A stretch of 64,000 nt of DNA from Neovahlkampfia damariscottae (Eukaryota). Position 1 is the first letter of the stretch. Every line of letters starts with the position of its first letter. A model generated the notes under the pieces. That model saw only the letters and a program-made list of their open reading frames with translations, ran no database searches and was not told the origin of the DNA. Made by a program: the position numbers and the translations under genes. Below are positions 38,870 through 50,023 of this stretch, in pieces. Location of the stretch: the NCBI GenBank assembly GCA_016618085.1, contig JABLTG010000110.1:1-64000 (forward strand). The letters run 5' to 3'.

Positions 38870-38953
38870 TCGGACAAATTGGAAATGAATGCTCCAATGA
38901 GAGGGATTAAATGTTTCGAATCTCAATTCCATCCAATCAAACAGTTTTTAATA
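38870..38953. promoter_or_regulatory. Compact bidirectional promoter with two CCAAT boxes
   Basis: 84 bp between divergent ATGs; CCAAT at 38894-38898 and 38933-38937. Confidence 0.55.
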
Positions 38954-40371
38954 ATGAGCTCAACTTTATATCACTACCCTGGCTCAAGATCTTCAAGGTA
39001 ACATCACACTCTTTTAACAGTTTCACTTGTCAAGAGTTGCTTGGTTCTTTTATGAACTTGAAGCCACAGGTTTAAACTTGGATGACATTGTTAAAATTAA
39101 TTATGTTGATTTGACAAAAGGAGAACATAAAACAGAGGAGTATTTAAAATTGAATCAATTTGGAACAATTCCTACTTTTATAAACGAAAAAGGAACTTTT
39201 TATGAAGGCTGCTCAATTTTGATGCAATTATCAAGTCAATACCAAAATATTATTGACCTTGTTCCAAAAAACAAAGGAAAATATTATCAATGGATGTCTT
39301 TTGCATGCTCATCAGGTAAAAAAAATTTGTTAAAAATTGTTTTTTTCAGTTGATGATTTGGTAGTTTCTCTTTATTTTCACCATTTGAAAAAAGACTCTG
39401 AAGAAGTTACAAAACCAAAGATTGAAAAATTAAAACCAAAATTTGATTTCCTTTCTGAATCTTTGGGTAAGAACGATTTCTTTGTTGATAACAAATTTTC
39501 AACTGTTGACATTGCTCTTGGTTATATTTTATCAGTTGCAGCAAAATCAGAATTACTTAATGATTTTCCAAGTTTGTTAACTTATGTTGGTAGATTATCA
39601 AAAAGAGAAGCCCTTCCAAAAGCATTTTCACCGATTCCATCACCTGAAGTTGTGCAATTGCAACAACAACTTAAAGAAGCAAAGAAAGAAAAAGAAAGTT
39701 TACAAGGAGCTCCAATAACATTATATCATTATCCAGGAGCAAGATCCACTCGTGTTTTATGGGTATTCTATGAATTAGGGATGAAAAAAGACGTTGACTT
39801 CAAAATCGTTTCTTTGGCTGACAAAGATGTTGGTTGGAAATTTATGCAAACAGATGAGTACAAAAAGATTAATCCAAACAGTTTAATTCCTGCAATTACT
39901 CTAGAAAATGGAAATGCCAACATGTTTGAAGCTGGAACAATTATCAATTTTTTTGAAAAGAAATACAGCCACAAAGTTAATCTGTTTCCAAAATCATGGA
40001 ATCAATCCAATTGGGAAAAACATTATCTCTATGAATTTTGGTGTATCACCACAATGGATTCAAAACTTGTTTATTCATTGTGGGGAATTGGAAAAATTAC
40101 AAATTATCTTACAGGTGGAGTTCAAACTTGGTGGTCAAAAATTCTTGAACCGAGACTTGTTGTAGACTTAAGTGATCATCAATACCTTCAAGGAAATGAA
40201 TTCACTGCAACTGATTTCATGATGGGCTACACATTAACTTTCATTCAACATAATGGACTCATGAAGAAGGCAGATCAAAAAATTATTGATTATTATAAAA
40301 GAATTTCTTCAAGACCTGCTTTTGTAGAAGCGATGCAAGGAAGCATTTTCCAATGGGAATTAAAGGGATAA
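38954..40371 (+). CDS. Tandem double glutathione S-transferase (paralog, divergently transcribed)
   Basis: MSSTLYHYPGSRSS/RVAW..NQFGTIP..EGCSI; second unit LYHYPGARSTRVLW..NPNSLIP..EAGTI. Introns near 38998-39034 and 39316-39349. Confidence 0.88.
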
Positions 40372-40441
40372 TAAACTTTTTGATTTGTTAAAAATCTATC
40401 TTCCTTTTTGTTGATAGAAAATAGTTTTGTTTATTTTTTAA

Positions 40442-41209
40442 CTATAATTTTGTTAATTTATGACGCATTTTGTTCATTTTAGTCTTCAAGTATTCATGAT
40501 TATGATCATTTGACTCGATTTCAATTGGAATAGTGTTACTGACTTCAATACCAAATTTTTCAATGTCCTCGCTTTTCAATGGGTTATTGGTGAGCAGCTG
40601 AATCTTTTTCACACCCAAATTTTTCTTTAAAAAGTTATTTTGTTAACAAATTTCAAACCAAAATTTCTGAAGCAACGAAAAAGTGTCTTTCGTCTTCTGC
40701 AAAACCTAATTTTAAATTAGCTTCTACTGTATCTAATCCTTCTTGTTGAAGTTTATATGCTTTCAGTTTAGCTTCTAAACCTATACCTCTTCCTTCTTGA
40801 TGCAAATATATAACAAGACCTCTGTTCAATTTGTTCACTATTCTTAAGGCGTTTTGAAGTTGTTCACCACAATCACATCTGCAAAAAGTTTTTTTAATAT
40901 TTATTTCATCATACCGACAAGATCCAAAAATATCACCTGTAATACAAGATGACTAAAAAAATGTGTCAGAAATTTTGAATTTTGCTTTTTACATGAATCC
41001 TACAAACAACAGGGTTTGCTTCACTTCCAGAAATATCACCTTTTACCATCGCTAAATGTTCATTGAAAGTCATGCTATCATAAATATGTTAATTTTTCGC
41101 ACAAGAATTACCTATCAATAGTTTCTTTGTGGCTGTAGTGGTGCATCTTAAAATCACCGTATTTGGTTGGTAAATCAATGGCAATGTTGAATTTCACTTC
41201 TTGTTTCAT
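40442..41209 (-). CDS. ribA: GTP cyclohydrolase II (riboflavin biosynthesis)
   Basis: [84 protein letters not shown]; about four short introns. Confidence 0.92.
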
Positions 41210-41434
41210 TTCTGCGTTTGAAAATCCTCTCTGTTTCGGAGTTGTAGAAAATTTGATTGGACCAACAATTATTGGAAAGTGCTTCCAAAATTCTGAATTG
41301 GAAGAAGACAAATTTAGAGATTTTCGAACTGAAAAAAATGTATCTCATGGAAAAGTTGAGTCTTTGAAGAAAGAGTGCATTCTCCACTCTTGAGAAAAAA
41401 ATAAAATTTCAAAAAAAATAGAAATTCAAATCAT

Positions 41435-42669
41435 TCATGAATTTATAAGGAATTTTAAATCCAACAATTTGTTACTTTTCAATTGGTCATTTAAAAATTC
41501 AAGTTCAAAGTTTGTATATCTTTTGATTCTCCATTGAATTAAGAAATTCTCTTTGAGGGCATCAGATGATATTGGTGAAATAAAATATAATTGACTTTCC
41601 AATAATTCTTTTGTAAAAAATTCTCAGGATGTTGAATCAAGTTTGTCACTACGCAATTAACTCTACCTGGATTTTTTCACTTTTGATTTGAATTTATCAA
41701 CAATAAATTTTGTTGCTTTTATCACATTTTGATTTCCATTGTGTTCTGGATAACATTTTACCAATGAATTTTCCTTTTCGATTTTCTGTTTTAATTGATC
41801 AAAATTGTCAAAGACTATTAATAATGGAATATCAATGAGATCTTCTTCATTGGTTAATTCCTCAAAAGCACCTTCCCAGTACTTCATTAAATTGGTTCCT
41901 CTTTTAATTGTTGGTATCATTGAAGTAAACTTTAGAAATTCATCAAAAGTTGATAAATCAACAATCACTGTACAAAAATCAATTTTTCCAACAACTATTG
42001 ATATTAATTTTAAAAATAAATAATACTGGACTTGAATAGATTTGAACCAGATGTCCCTGATGACCAACAATGTAAATCCAAATAAATTCTCTCTTTGGTG
42101 AATTGAAAGTCAGATTGGTCTGACTCAAACTCACAAAGCATATATCTTCATATGAAGGAACATAATTGGGATCAGCAAATCTGATTAAAAAATCTTCAGA
42201 AACAAAGCTAAAAAACAATGTTAATTCTTTTTTTAAAAAACTGAAATTCATCAAATATCATAATGATTTCATCATTTTCCAAAACATATTTCAGAATAGG
42301 TTCTTCCCAAAATAACAAATAATCAGATTTTTTGGGCATTAAAATCATTGGAGAATTTTTTGAAAATCGTTGAGATTGATGTGTGTTGTAAGCAACTTTC
42401 AGCAAGTTTTCTTGTTTTTTTATTTTGGAAATCTACTTTATCTAAATCTCGAAGAAGACAATTTTGCTACTGTTGAGGTGATGGAGTAACATCCATAATG
42501 AATGGCCGAAAGTAATAACTCTTGATCAAATGGTTTTTTACCTTCTGTGAATTGTAAGGTTTTTTTAAGTACAGAAATATGAGAGCTTTTTGATGCGTAC
42601 ACTAAAGTGTCCAAACCATACTTTCTCTCTGGTTCTTCACACAAACTTTTTTGCTAAGTTATTTCTCAT
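41435..42669 (-). pseudogene. Highly divergent G-protein alpha-subunit-like gene with several frameshifts
   Basis: Fragments RFADPNYVPSYEDI, TVIVDLSTFDE, TNLMKYWEGAFEELTN, IPLLIVFDNFDQLKQKI, CYPEHNG..ATKFIVDKF follow G-alpha order. Guanine-binding motifs are eroded and frames break at several points, often in A6/T6 runs. Confidence 0.6.
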
Positions 42670-42795
42670 TGGTTGAAAAATCTCTTTAGAAATAAAATCA
42701 AAAAAAAGAGAGTCTTGGATCTTTTTCTATAAAATGGGTGAGATTGATTTTTCGTTTATTTCATTTGTCGACTACTGACCAATCAAACTTTTAGA

Positions 42796-43427
42796 ATGTT
42801 AAAACTCTTTCTTGTCTGTTTGTGTTTCACTCTTGTGTTTTCACAAGATACTTGTCACAATTTCTCAAGAATGAAACTTAATGAAGGTAAAAAAAAAAAA
42901 TAATAATTTGGTTGATAGGTGACTGCAATTGTCGCTACCAAGATTCAGTTGGTCTCAATACAATTGCTATCGGTTGGAATATTGAGAAACCAGGTGGAAA
43001 AGATGGTAAAACCTAACAAAAAACTGAAAAAAAAGGTCTCAGAAGAGTCGGAGCAAATGTTGATAGAATTATGAGCTCAAGTTGTTACGATGCAAACAAA
43101 TGCTCAACATCAAAATGTACAAGCAATGGATGTATCACAGAAAATCAAAAAATGCAATTATATCAAGTGAGCATCGCAGAAAGTATTCAATGCGCATCAA
43201 GATGGTTGTCCAATTGGTCATCTCTTCACGGACTTGCTAAGTCAGCAATCATCGATATGGCTTTTAATATGGGTTGCTCAAGATTAGCTGGATTCAGAAA
43301 TTTAAAAGCAGCTTTGGAAAGAAAAGACTATCAAAGAGCTGTTGTTGAAATGGGCGATTCAAGATGGTGTACACAAGTTGGAGCAAGATGTAAAAGAGAT
43401 CAAGATTGTATGAGAAGTGCAAGATAA
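42796..43427 (+). CDS. Secreted phage-type (T4-like, GH24) lysozyme
   Basis: Signal peptide; spliced NEGDCNCRYQDSVGLNTIAIGWN has the E-x8-D-x5-T catalytic spacing; AIIDMAFNMG..LAGF..AL..DY..A..EM.DSRW..QVG.R. Introns 42887-42918 and 43006-43035. Confidence 0.9.
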
Positions 43428-43491
43428 ATATTTCTTTTGAACACAATTTTTTTTTTTAATTGTCCAATTAGAATAATTAGAACTTGTGTGA

Positions 43492-44780
43492 ATGGAAGAC
43501 AAAGTTGAAGATGAACAATTTCTGTAGTACTCAAAAAAACTTTTTTAATATTCAAGCTTAAAATATCTAACTTCAAAAAGACTTGGTTTTGAAGAACCAC
43601 AAGATGAATTACACTTGAAGTTGTATAAAAAATTTGAAAAACAAAGACACGCCAAAATAAAAGAATCCAGAAATAAATGGCACCAATATTTTATAGAGAA
43701 TGGAGGAAAAAATGAGGTTATTAGAAAAAATTCTTCTCTCAAAGAAATTATTCGAAACTATGGAATACCAACTAATTTCCGTCCAAAAATTTGGTTTGAG
43801 ATGTCAGGTTCGAAAAAAAAATTAAAATTAAAATAATAAAAGGAGCAAGGAAAAAATTTATTGGAAATTCAGGATATTATCAAAAATTACTTGAAGTTCA
43901 TTCACAGCACAATAGTGTTGCATTAACACAAATCAATTTAGATTTATGCCGAACATTTCCAAATCACGAATTTTTTCAAGAGGATAAGGTTGGATTCAAT
44001 TCATTGAGAAGAATATTAATTGCATATTCATGGAGAAATCCATTGGTTTCATATTGTCAATCATTGAATTATATTGTTGGTTTGTTGATATTACATTTCT
44101 CCGAAGAAGAGGCATTTTGGGTATTAGTAGTACTTTTGGAAGATGTTTTACCAGCTAACTTCTACTCTCCTGATTTAAAGGGTGTCAGAACTGATGACAA
44201 AGTTCTATCTATGTTTCAATTATTTTTTGATTCTTACCTTTTTAAACCAGGTTGGTCGATGAAAGATTGCCCAAAATCGGAAAGCATATAAAAATTCTGA
44301 ATGGAAATACACAAACGTTCTCAGTTGGTTGGTTTTTGAGACTTTTCGTTGATGTTTTTCCATTGGAAGTTTGAAATCAAATTTTTGTTTTAACCTATCA
44401 TAGACCACATTAAGAATTTGGGACCTCATATTTTCAGAAGGTTCCAAAATAATATTTAGAGTTGTTTTATCATTTTTGAAATTGAACGAAGGTGAAATTT
44501 TGAAATGTGAAGATTTAGGAATGGTAATTCATCTATTATCAGAAAACAGCACCTTTCAATATGATGATCATTCATTAATCAAAGTAAATTAACATTTACT
44601 AATAAAAAGACTTGTTTTTCGTTTTATCAATTGAAAAGAGCAGAAATTGAAGAATTGAGAGAAAAAGGTGAAAACGAAGTTGAAGAAGATGACAGATTGC
44701 TCAAAGAAAGAAGAGAAAAATATATGAGCCAAATAGAATTGAAAAGGGAAAGTAAATCAATTATAAAAATTGAAAAATGA
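43492..44780 (+). CDS. TBC-domain Rab GTPase-activating protein
   Basis: GIPTNFRPKIWFEMSG, QINLDLCRTFP (Arg finger), YCQSLNYI (Gln finger), EEEAFW, LRIWD; multi-exon. Confidence 0.9.
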
Positions 44781-44787
44781 AAAAAAA

Positions 44788-46185
44788 TTAAAGATTTATT
44801 GCTTCTTTATCCCTTCCCATTGTGATTAGTAAAGTGTTGAGAAAATCAATCAATTGATCATTACCTTTTTGTTGATAACTTTTAGCTAATGATAATATTT
44901 CCTCATCATCCACTGAAGAAGACAATAAAAGTGCGTCTAAATACACTTTTTCTAAATCGAATTGTCTATCAGTCTTTGAAATGTAATCATTTGCTTTTTC
45001 ATGTTCACAATAATCAGCAAGTTTCGAGAAATAATGAAATTCAACCTGTTGAACAATAGAAATATCCAAATTCTTTGATAGATATGATAAATACTTCTCA
45101 AATGAATAAAACATTTCTGTATTCATTTTCATTGTTTCTGTAGCTTTAATATTGAAAGTATAGTGATTCACGATCTCTCTTTCAGAAAGTTTTTCTTGTA
45201 GCGTGTTGAATGTTTCATTTTCCATCTTTAGAGCATCTTTTGCTTGATCGATAAAATTAGCATTTAACAATGCGAAGAACAGTGCGTGTAATGTTTCAAT
45301 CTGATCCATTTTATGGATAAAAGCATTTTCCATTGCTTTAGAAGCAAACATTGTAGCAAGTTTATGATTTTTCAATTGTTGTTCTATCCGTGTTAAATTT
45401 CTGTAGTTGACTATGATCATTTTAGCATAGTTCTTGTCCACTGATTTCATTTTTTCAATCAGCCCACAAGATTCATATAAATTGATTTTAGCTCCATTTA
45501 GGTCATTTTTTCTTAATGAGAATAATCCTTTGTAGTGATGATAGGTAGAATTTATCATAAGATCTTCGGGTAATTTTTCGATTACTATTCTTGCTTCTTC
45601 AAGAGCTGAATACGCTCTTTCTAGCCTTCCTGCAAAATATTCATTCACTGATGAATAAATCATCACTGATAATAATGTATTTTGAACATCTTTGTTTTTT
45701 GAATCATCAGAAATCAAGGTAGTAAGTTTCATTGTGAGTGTCTCATATAAATGAATTGCATGATCAAATGAGCGTATATTTGTGAAATATAACGCAATTA
45801 TTAAATGAATTGATAACCAGTTTACATTTTTTTCATCTTTCAACATTTCACAAAAGTAATCAAAATTTTCAGTTATTTTTAATGTTTTGTCATTGTGGAA
45901 AGTCAAAAATTTTTGAATAAGTTCAAAAAGTTTTTTTTCATTTTCTGTTAAATTTTCAACTTGTTTCAATTGGATTTTTTCAAATTGGTTCAATTTTAAT
46001 TGTGTTAAAATTTTTTTGAAATATTTTTCTTGATTTCCTGGTGATGCTTCAAGAAATTTTTGAAGTAGTTTAGTATTTTCAATTGGAAATAGAAGTGCTG
46101 TTGAGAATTGTTTCAAACTTAAACATGTTTTCGTGAACTGTTTTTGTTGTGAGGTAGTGAATAATTTTCTTGCTATGGATTTCAT
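44788..46185 (-). CDS. Helical-repeat (TPR-like) protein with a likely mitochondrial presequence
   Basis: 465-aa intronless ORF; basic, hydroxylated, acid-free N-terminus; TPR-like helices. Confidence 0.65.
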   Translation of the reverse strand: MKSIARKLFTTSQQKQFTKTCLSLKQFSTALLFPIENTKLLQKFLEASPGNQEKYFKKILTQLKLNQFEKIQLKQVENLTENEKKLFELIQKFLTFHNDKTLKITENFDYFCEMLKDEKNVNWLSIHLIIALYFTNIRSFDHAIHLYETLTMKLTTLISDDSKNKDVQNTLLSVMIYSSVNEYFAGRLERAYSALEEARIVIEKLPEDLMINSTYHHYKGLFSLRKNDLNGAKINLYESCGLIEKMKSVDKNYAKMIIVNYRNLTRIEQQLKNHKLATMFASKAMENAFIHKMDQIETLHALFFALLNANFIDQAKDALKMENETFNTLQEKLSEREIVNHYTFNIKATETMKMNTEMFYSFEKYLSYLSKNLDISIVQQVEFHYFSKLADYCEHEKANDYISKTDRQFDLEKVYLDALLLSSSVDDEEILSLAKSYQQKGNDQLIDFLNTLLITMGRDKEAINL

Positions 46186-46381
46186 TGGTAGAGAAACAAG
46201 ACACTCCTAATTTGATTTGAACGGAATTAGTGAAATAAAAAATTTCTCAATCCAATCTCAGATTGTAATGAATCAAAAAAACAAGGAAGATGAAGTCATT
46301 TTTTAATTTGATTCCGATAATTCTTTGGTGAATTTACATACTTCTTTTTTGGAATTATTATTCCGATTGAATTTGAAATTA

Positions 46382-46486
46382 CCAAAGTTGTTCATCATGA
46401 ATTTTCTCTTTCTGCAAATAGATAATTTTGTTTTGGTCTCGAACCATGAATAAAATATTTCCAAAGTTGTTCATCATGAATTTTCT
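46382..46486 (+). repeat. 26-bp perfect direct repeat, two copies
   Basis: CCAAAGTTGTTCATCATGAATTTTCT at 46382-46407 and 46461-46486. Confidence 0.85.
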
Positions 46487-46745
46487 TCATTCAAAATTTT
46501 GAAAGAGAATGAGATTTTTTAGTTTTTTACTTGAAGTATCTGATAGTTTAGTACATTTTTGATTCTTCAATTCTGTCCATTTTTATCAACTGAATACGAA
46601 TAAATCCTTAATTTCTCTATTCCCAGATTCATAATATTTCAAAAGAATGGTGAATCAAAATAACTTTCAAATTGAATCTCTCTTGTAGTTTGTTGTCACA
46701 AAGTTTTGTGAAAAGCCTGATGAATATTAAATATTGTTTATTCAT

Positions 46746-47243
46746 TCACTTTTTAGTGAAATTACCATGCCATGTGATTTCTTTTTCCATTAGGTACTTT
46801 TCCAAATTTCTAAAATTCAATTTTTTTTTGAACATGGCAACTTCTCTTCTGGATTGTTGACCACCACCAACTCGAACCAAAATATCTATATAATTGATAA
46901 AATATTCACTTTCATCACCAAACTCTTTTCCAACAATAATTCTTTTGTCAACTGGAAACAAACCACTTGGTACTTTGAAAGCAGCAGTTGGTGCTATTCC
47001 GACCGTTTTAAAACCTTTTTGAACAGCATATATATAAGATAATTTTGGAACTCCTTGGTTAGTCAATCCAGAAACAAGTTCTATCGAATTTGGTTGATGG
47101 AAGTTAATCATTTTCGGAATCAAATCTTTTATGGCATCATTGGCCTCCTGTTTATCAAATAATTCTCTAGAATATCCAACAACACCAAGTTTTAAATTTT
47201 TTGCGACAACAACAACCACCAAGACCAACAACAAAATCTTCAT
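46746..47243 (-). CDS. SLOG-superfamily (LOG/DprA/YpsA-like fold) protein with N-terminal signal peptide
   Basis: MKILLLVLVVVVVA then KLGVVGYS, LVSGLTNQGVP..A..G.KTVGIAP, DILVRVGGGQQSRRE; intronless. Confidence 0.7.
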   Translation of the reverse strand: MKILLLVLVVVVVAKNLKLGVVGYSRELFDKQEANDAIKDLIPKMINFHQPNSIELVSGLTNQGVPKLSYIYAVQKGFKTVGIAPTAAFKVPSGLFPVDKRIIVGKEFGDESEYFINYIDILVRVGGGQQSRREVAMFKKKLNFRNLEKYLMEKEITWHGNFTKK

Positions 47244-47307
47244 TTTCAAAAAACCGATTTAATTCGTCTATTTTTTTTATCCAATCATTTGCTGACTCTT
47301 TTTTTCA

Positions 47308-48279
47308 ATGAAACCACAAACAAGAAAAAAACTTGACCCTTTAATTGAAAAACTTGGTGTTGAATTTTTTTTGAGTCAATCAACTCATAATAGAAACGTG
47401 ATTCAAAGACAAAAAATTGAAGAAGAAGTTGAAGAATTAAGAGATGATAAACAATACCTTTTGAATATTTTAAGAAGTAGTAGTTCAAGTATTTATCCAT
47501 TAGTATCAAGGAGATTAAAAAAAGATTCTGAATTTTCTGCAGAAGCAATCAAATATTCTCCACATCTTTTAACATTGTGTGACGTTGATTTGCAATACAA
47601 TGAAGATTTCCTGCTGAAAATATTAAAATCTAATCCAAAGTGTGGTGAATACATCACATCAGAAGTTTTAGAAAGTCCAGATTTTCAATTGAAAGCAATT
47701 AAAATTACCACAACAATACTTGAACATGCTGAATATGAACTGGAACGAGAAGTAGTATTGAAAGCTGTTAAAATCGACGGAAATGCTATTAAATATGACA
47801 AAAATTATTTTTCTGATCGTGAAATTCTATTTGAAGCAATGAAAAATACACCACATGTTTTGTCTCATTTATTTCTTGAATATACAGACAATAGAGAATT
47901 TATGGTGGAAATGATAAAGCATGCATCCTTTAACTATCCATATGCTTCTGGAAAATTGAAGCAAAATCGAGAATTTTTGATTGAAGTACTTGGAATTCAT
48001 GGAGCAGAAATTATGAAATTTTTGACACCCAAAAAGTTAAAAGATCCAGAAATAATTGAACTAGGCATAGAAAATGATCCAACTAGTTTGAATTATCTTC
48101 CAAAAAAAATGGCTGAAGATCCAAAAGTGATTCTGAGATGTGTCAGAAATTTCAAGTCAAATCATCAATTTATTTCAAAGCAAATGTTGAATGATAAAAA
48201 ATTGGAATGGTTGTTTTTATTATACTACAAATGGATTCCAGAAGTCCAAAATTTTAATGTCAATTTTTGTTTTAATTGA
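47308..48279 (+). CDS. DUF4116 helical-repeat protein
   Basis: REVVLKAVKIDGNAIKY, DREILFEAM, YASGKLKQNREF repeats. Confidence 0.8.
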   Translation: MKPQTRKKLDPLIEKLGVEFFLSQSTHNRNVIQRQKIEEEVEELRDDKQYLLNILRSSSSSIYPLVSRRLKKDSEFSAEAIKYSPHLLTLCDVDLQYNEDFLLKILKSNPKCGEYITSEVLESPDFQLKAIKITTTILEHAEYELEREVVLKAVKIDGNAIKYDKNYFSDREILFEAMKNTPHVLSHLFLEYTDNREFMVEMIKHASFNYPYASGKLKQNREFLIEVLGIHGAEIMKFLTPKKLKDPEIIELGIENDPTSLNYLPKKMAEDPKVILRCVRNFKSNHQFISKQMLNDKKLEWLFLLYYKWIPEVQNFNVNFCFN

Positions 48280-48408
48280 TGAAATATTTGTTGACTGTGA
48301 ATATTAATTTGGTCATTTGTGAGAATAAAATTAAATATTTTAAACTAAAAATCATTTTTTCATCGGACTGTGAAGGAATTTTATTTGATCGGAGATTTTT
48401 CTCGTCCA

Positions 48409-49152
48409 ATGGTAAGTTATCAAAAAAAACTAAACGGTTGTGCTCACTACAACAAGAACTGTCAAATCCACTGCTCAGTTTGTGATAAGTTCTACACTTG
48501 CCGACATTGTCATAACGATGCAACTTTGGACCACGAAGTTGACCGTTTTTCAGTATCAAAATTAAAATGCTTAAATTGTTCAACTGAACAAAACGTCTCC
48601 AATGAATGCAAAAACTGTAAAATCAAATTTGGTGATTATCACTGTTTATTTTGCAACCTTTTTGTCAATAAAAAAGAAAATCAACCACTTAATGTTTTTC
48701 ATTGTGAAAAATGTAAAATTTGTCGAGTTGGAAAAAGAGAAGAGTATTTTCATTGTGACAAATGTGGATGTTGTATGCCTATTTCAAAAGAAGATACTCA
48801 TGAATGTATTGAAAATGTCCTTGGACAAAACTGTCCAATCTGTTTGGAGTTTTTATTTACTTCAACAAAAGTTACATCAACCATGAAATGTGGACATATT
48901 ATTCATCAAAGTTGTTTTGAAGATATGATTGAAAATCAGAATTATAAATGTCCAAGTTGCAATAAACTCATTGTTGAACTTGATGACAAATATTTGGATG
49001 AAGTAATTGAAAAGACCCCAATGCCAGATGAACTGAAAAATGAAAAAGTCAAAATTTTATGTAATGAATGTCAAGAAAAAGGAGATTGTATGTTTCATTT
49101 TTATGGTTTAAAATGTCAAAAATGTGGAAGTTATAACACAGCCAGAATTTAA
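48409..49152 (+). CDS. RCHY1: CHY zinc finger / RING-H2 E3 ligase (Pirh2/RCHY1-like)
   Basis: GCAHY..CRHCHND CHY domain; CPICLE..CGHIIH..CPSC RING; ILCNEC..FHFYGLKCQKCGSYNT zinc ribbon. Confidence 0.92.
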   Translation: MVSYQKKLNGCAHYNKNCQIHCSVCDKFYTCRHCHNDATLDHEVDRFSVSKLKCLNCSTEQNVSNECKNCKIKFGDYHCLFCNLFVNKKENQPLNVFHCEKCKICRVGKREEYFHCDKCGCCMPISKEDTHECIENVLGQNCPICLEFLFTSTKVTSTMKCGHIIHQSCFEDMIENQNYKCPSCNKLIVELDDKYLDEVIEKTPMPDELKNEKVKILCNECQEKGDCMFHFYGLKCQKCGSYNTARI

Positions 49153-49290
49153 ATCAATAAATTCTTCATCCAAAGATCATTCACTCTCTGCAGTTATCCA
49201 AAGAATTTGATTGAATTAATACTTCTTTTTTCTGATGATTTTTCAGAAGTTGAAAAAAAAACGAAAAATTCATTTATTCAAAATATAATT

Positions 49291-50023
49291 TTACTTTGGT
49301 ACCACAGCACCAATTTCTTCATCAACATCGTCTTTTGTATGTTCAGAGTTTGATGATTGAAAAACTCCACCTAAAAATCCAGATCCTTTTCTTTTTTTTT
49401 TCATCGCAGCAAGTTCTTCTTTTTGTTTTTCTTCTTCAGCTTTTTGTTTTGCGTATTCTTCTGCATCCAATAAACTTTGATTGAATAATTTAATACTTGC
49501 ATCAAATGCTTCTTCAACGTTAATTCTTTTTTTTGCTGAAGTTTCAAAGAAAATACAAGAACCAAACTCTTCAGCTAATGCTATACCATCTTCTTTTGAT
49601 ACTACTCTTTCTTGCTCTAAGTCACATTTTGCTCCAACTAAAACACAAGGAACTTCCTCTTCGTCTCCTTTTGCCTTCAACAAATTATTATGCATTTCTA
49701 TAATCTCTTCAAAAGAACCTTTATCTGTAATACTATAAACCAAAATAAAAGTGTCTCCTGATTGCATATACAAGTCTCTAAGTGCATCATATTCATCTTG
49801 ACCTGCTGTATCCAAAATTTCTAAAGTGTAGAAATTTCCTTCAATTTCTCTTTGCATTTGATAAGCATCCTCAATAGTTGGATTGTAAGATTCGTCAAAT
49901 TTATTTTTTATGAAAGAAACAGTGAGACCTTTTTTTTTTTTGGTTAATTTTTGTTTAATTCTTACAACTTTTTCCAACACCTCCTGAACCAAGCACAACT
50001 AGTTTGACAGCACCACTTGACAT
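49291..50023 (-). CDS. Ras-family small GTPase lacking a CAAX box
   Basis: KLVVLGSGGVGKS/, YNPTIEDAY, ILDTAGQDEY, GAKCDL, ETSAK; one intron about 49929-49965; ends ..IGAVVPK. Confidence 0.92.

Noticed and set aside
46382..46486. CRISPR-like repeat-spacer-repeat
   Set aside because: Only two repeats, a 53-nt spacer, eukaryotic context and no cas genes.
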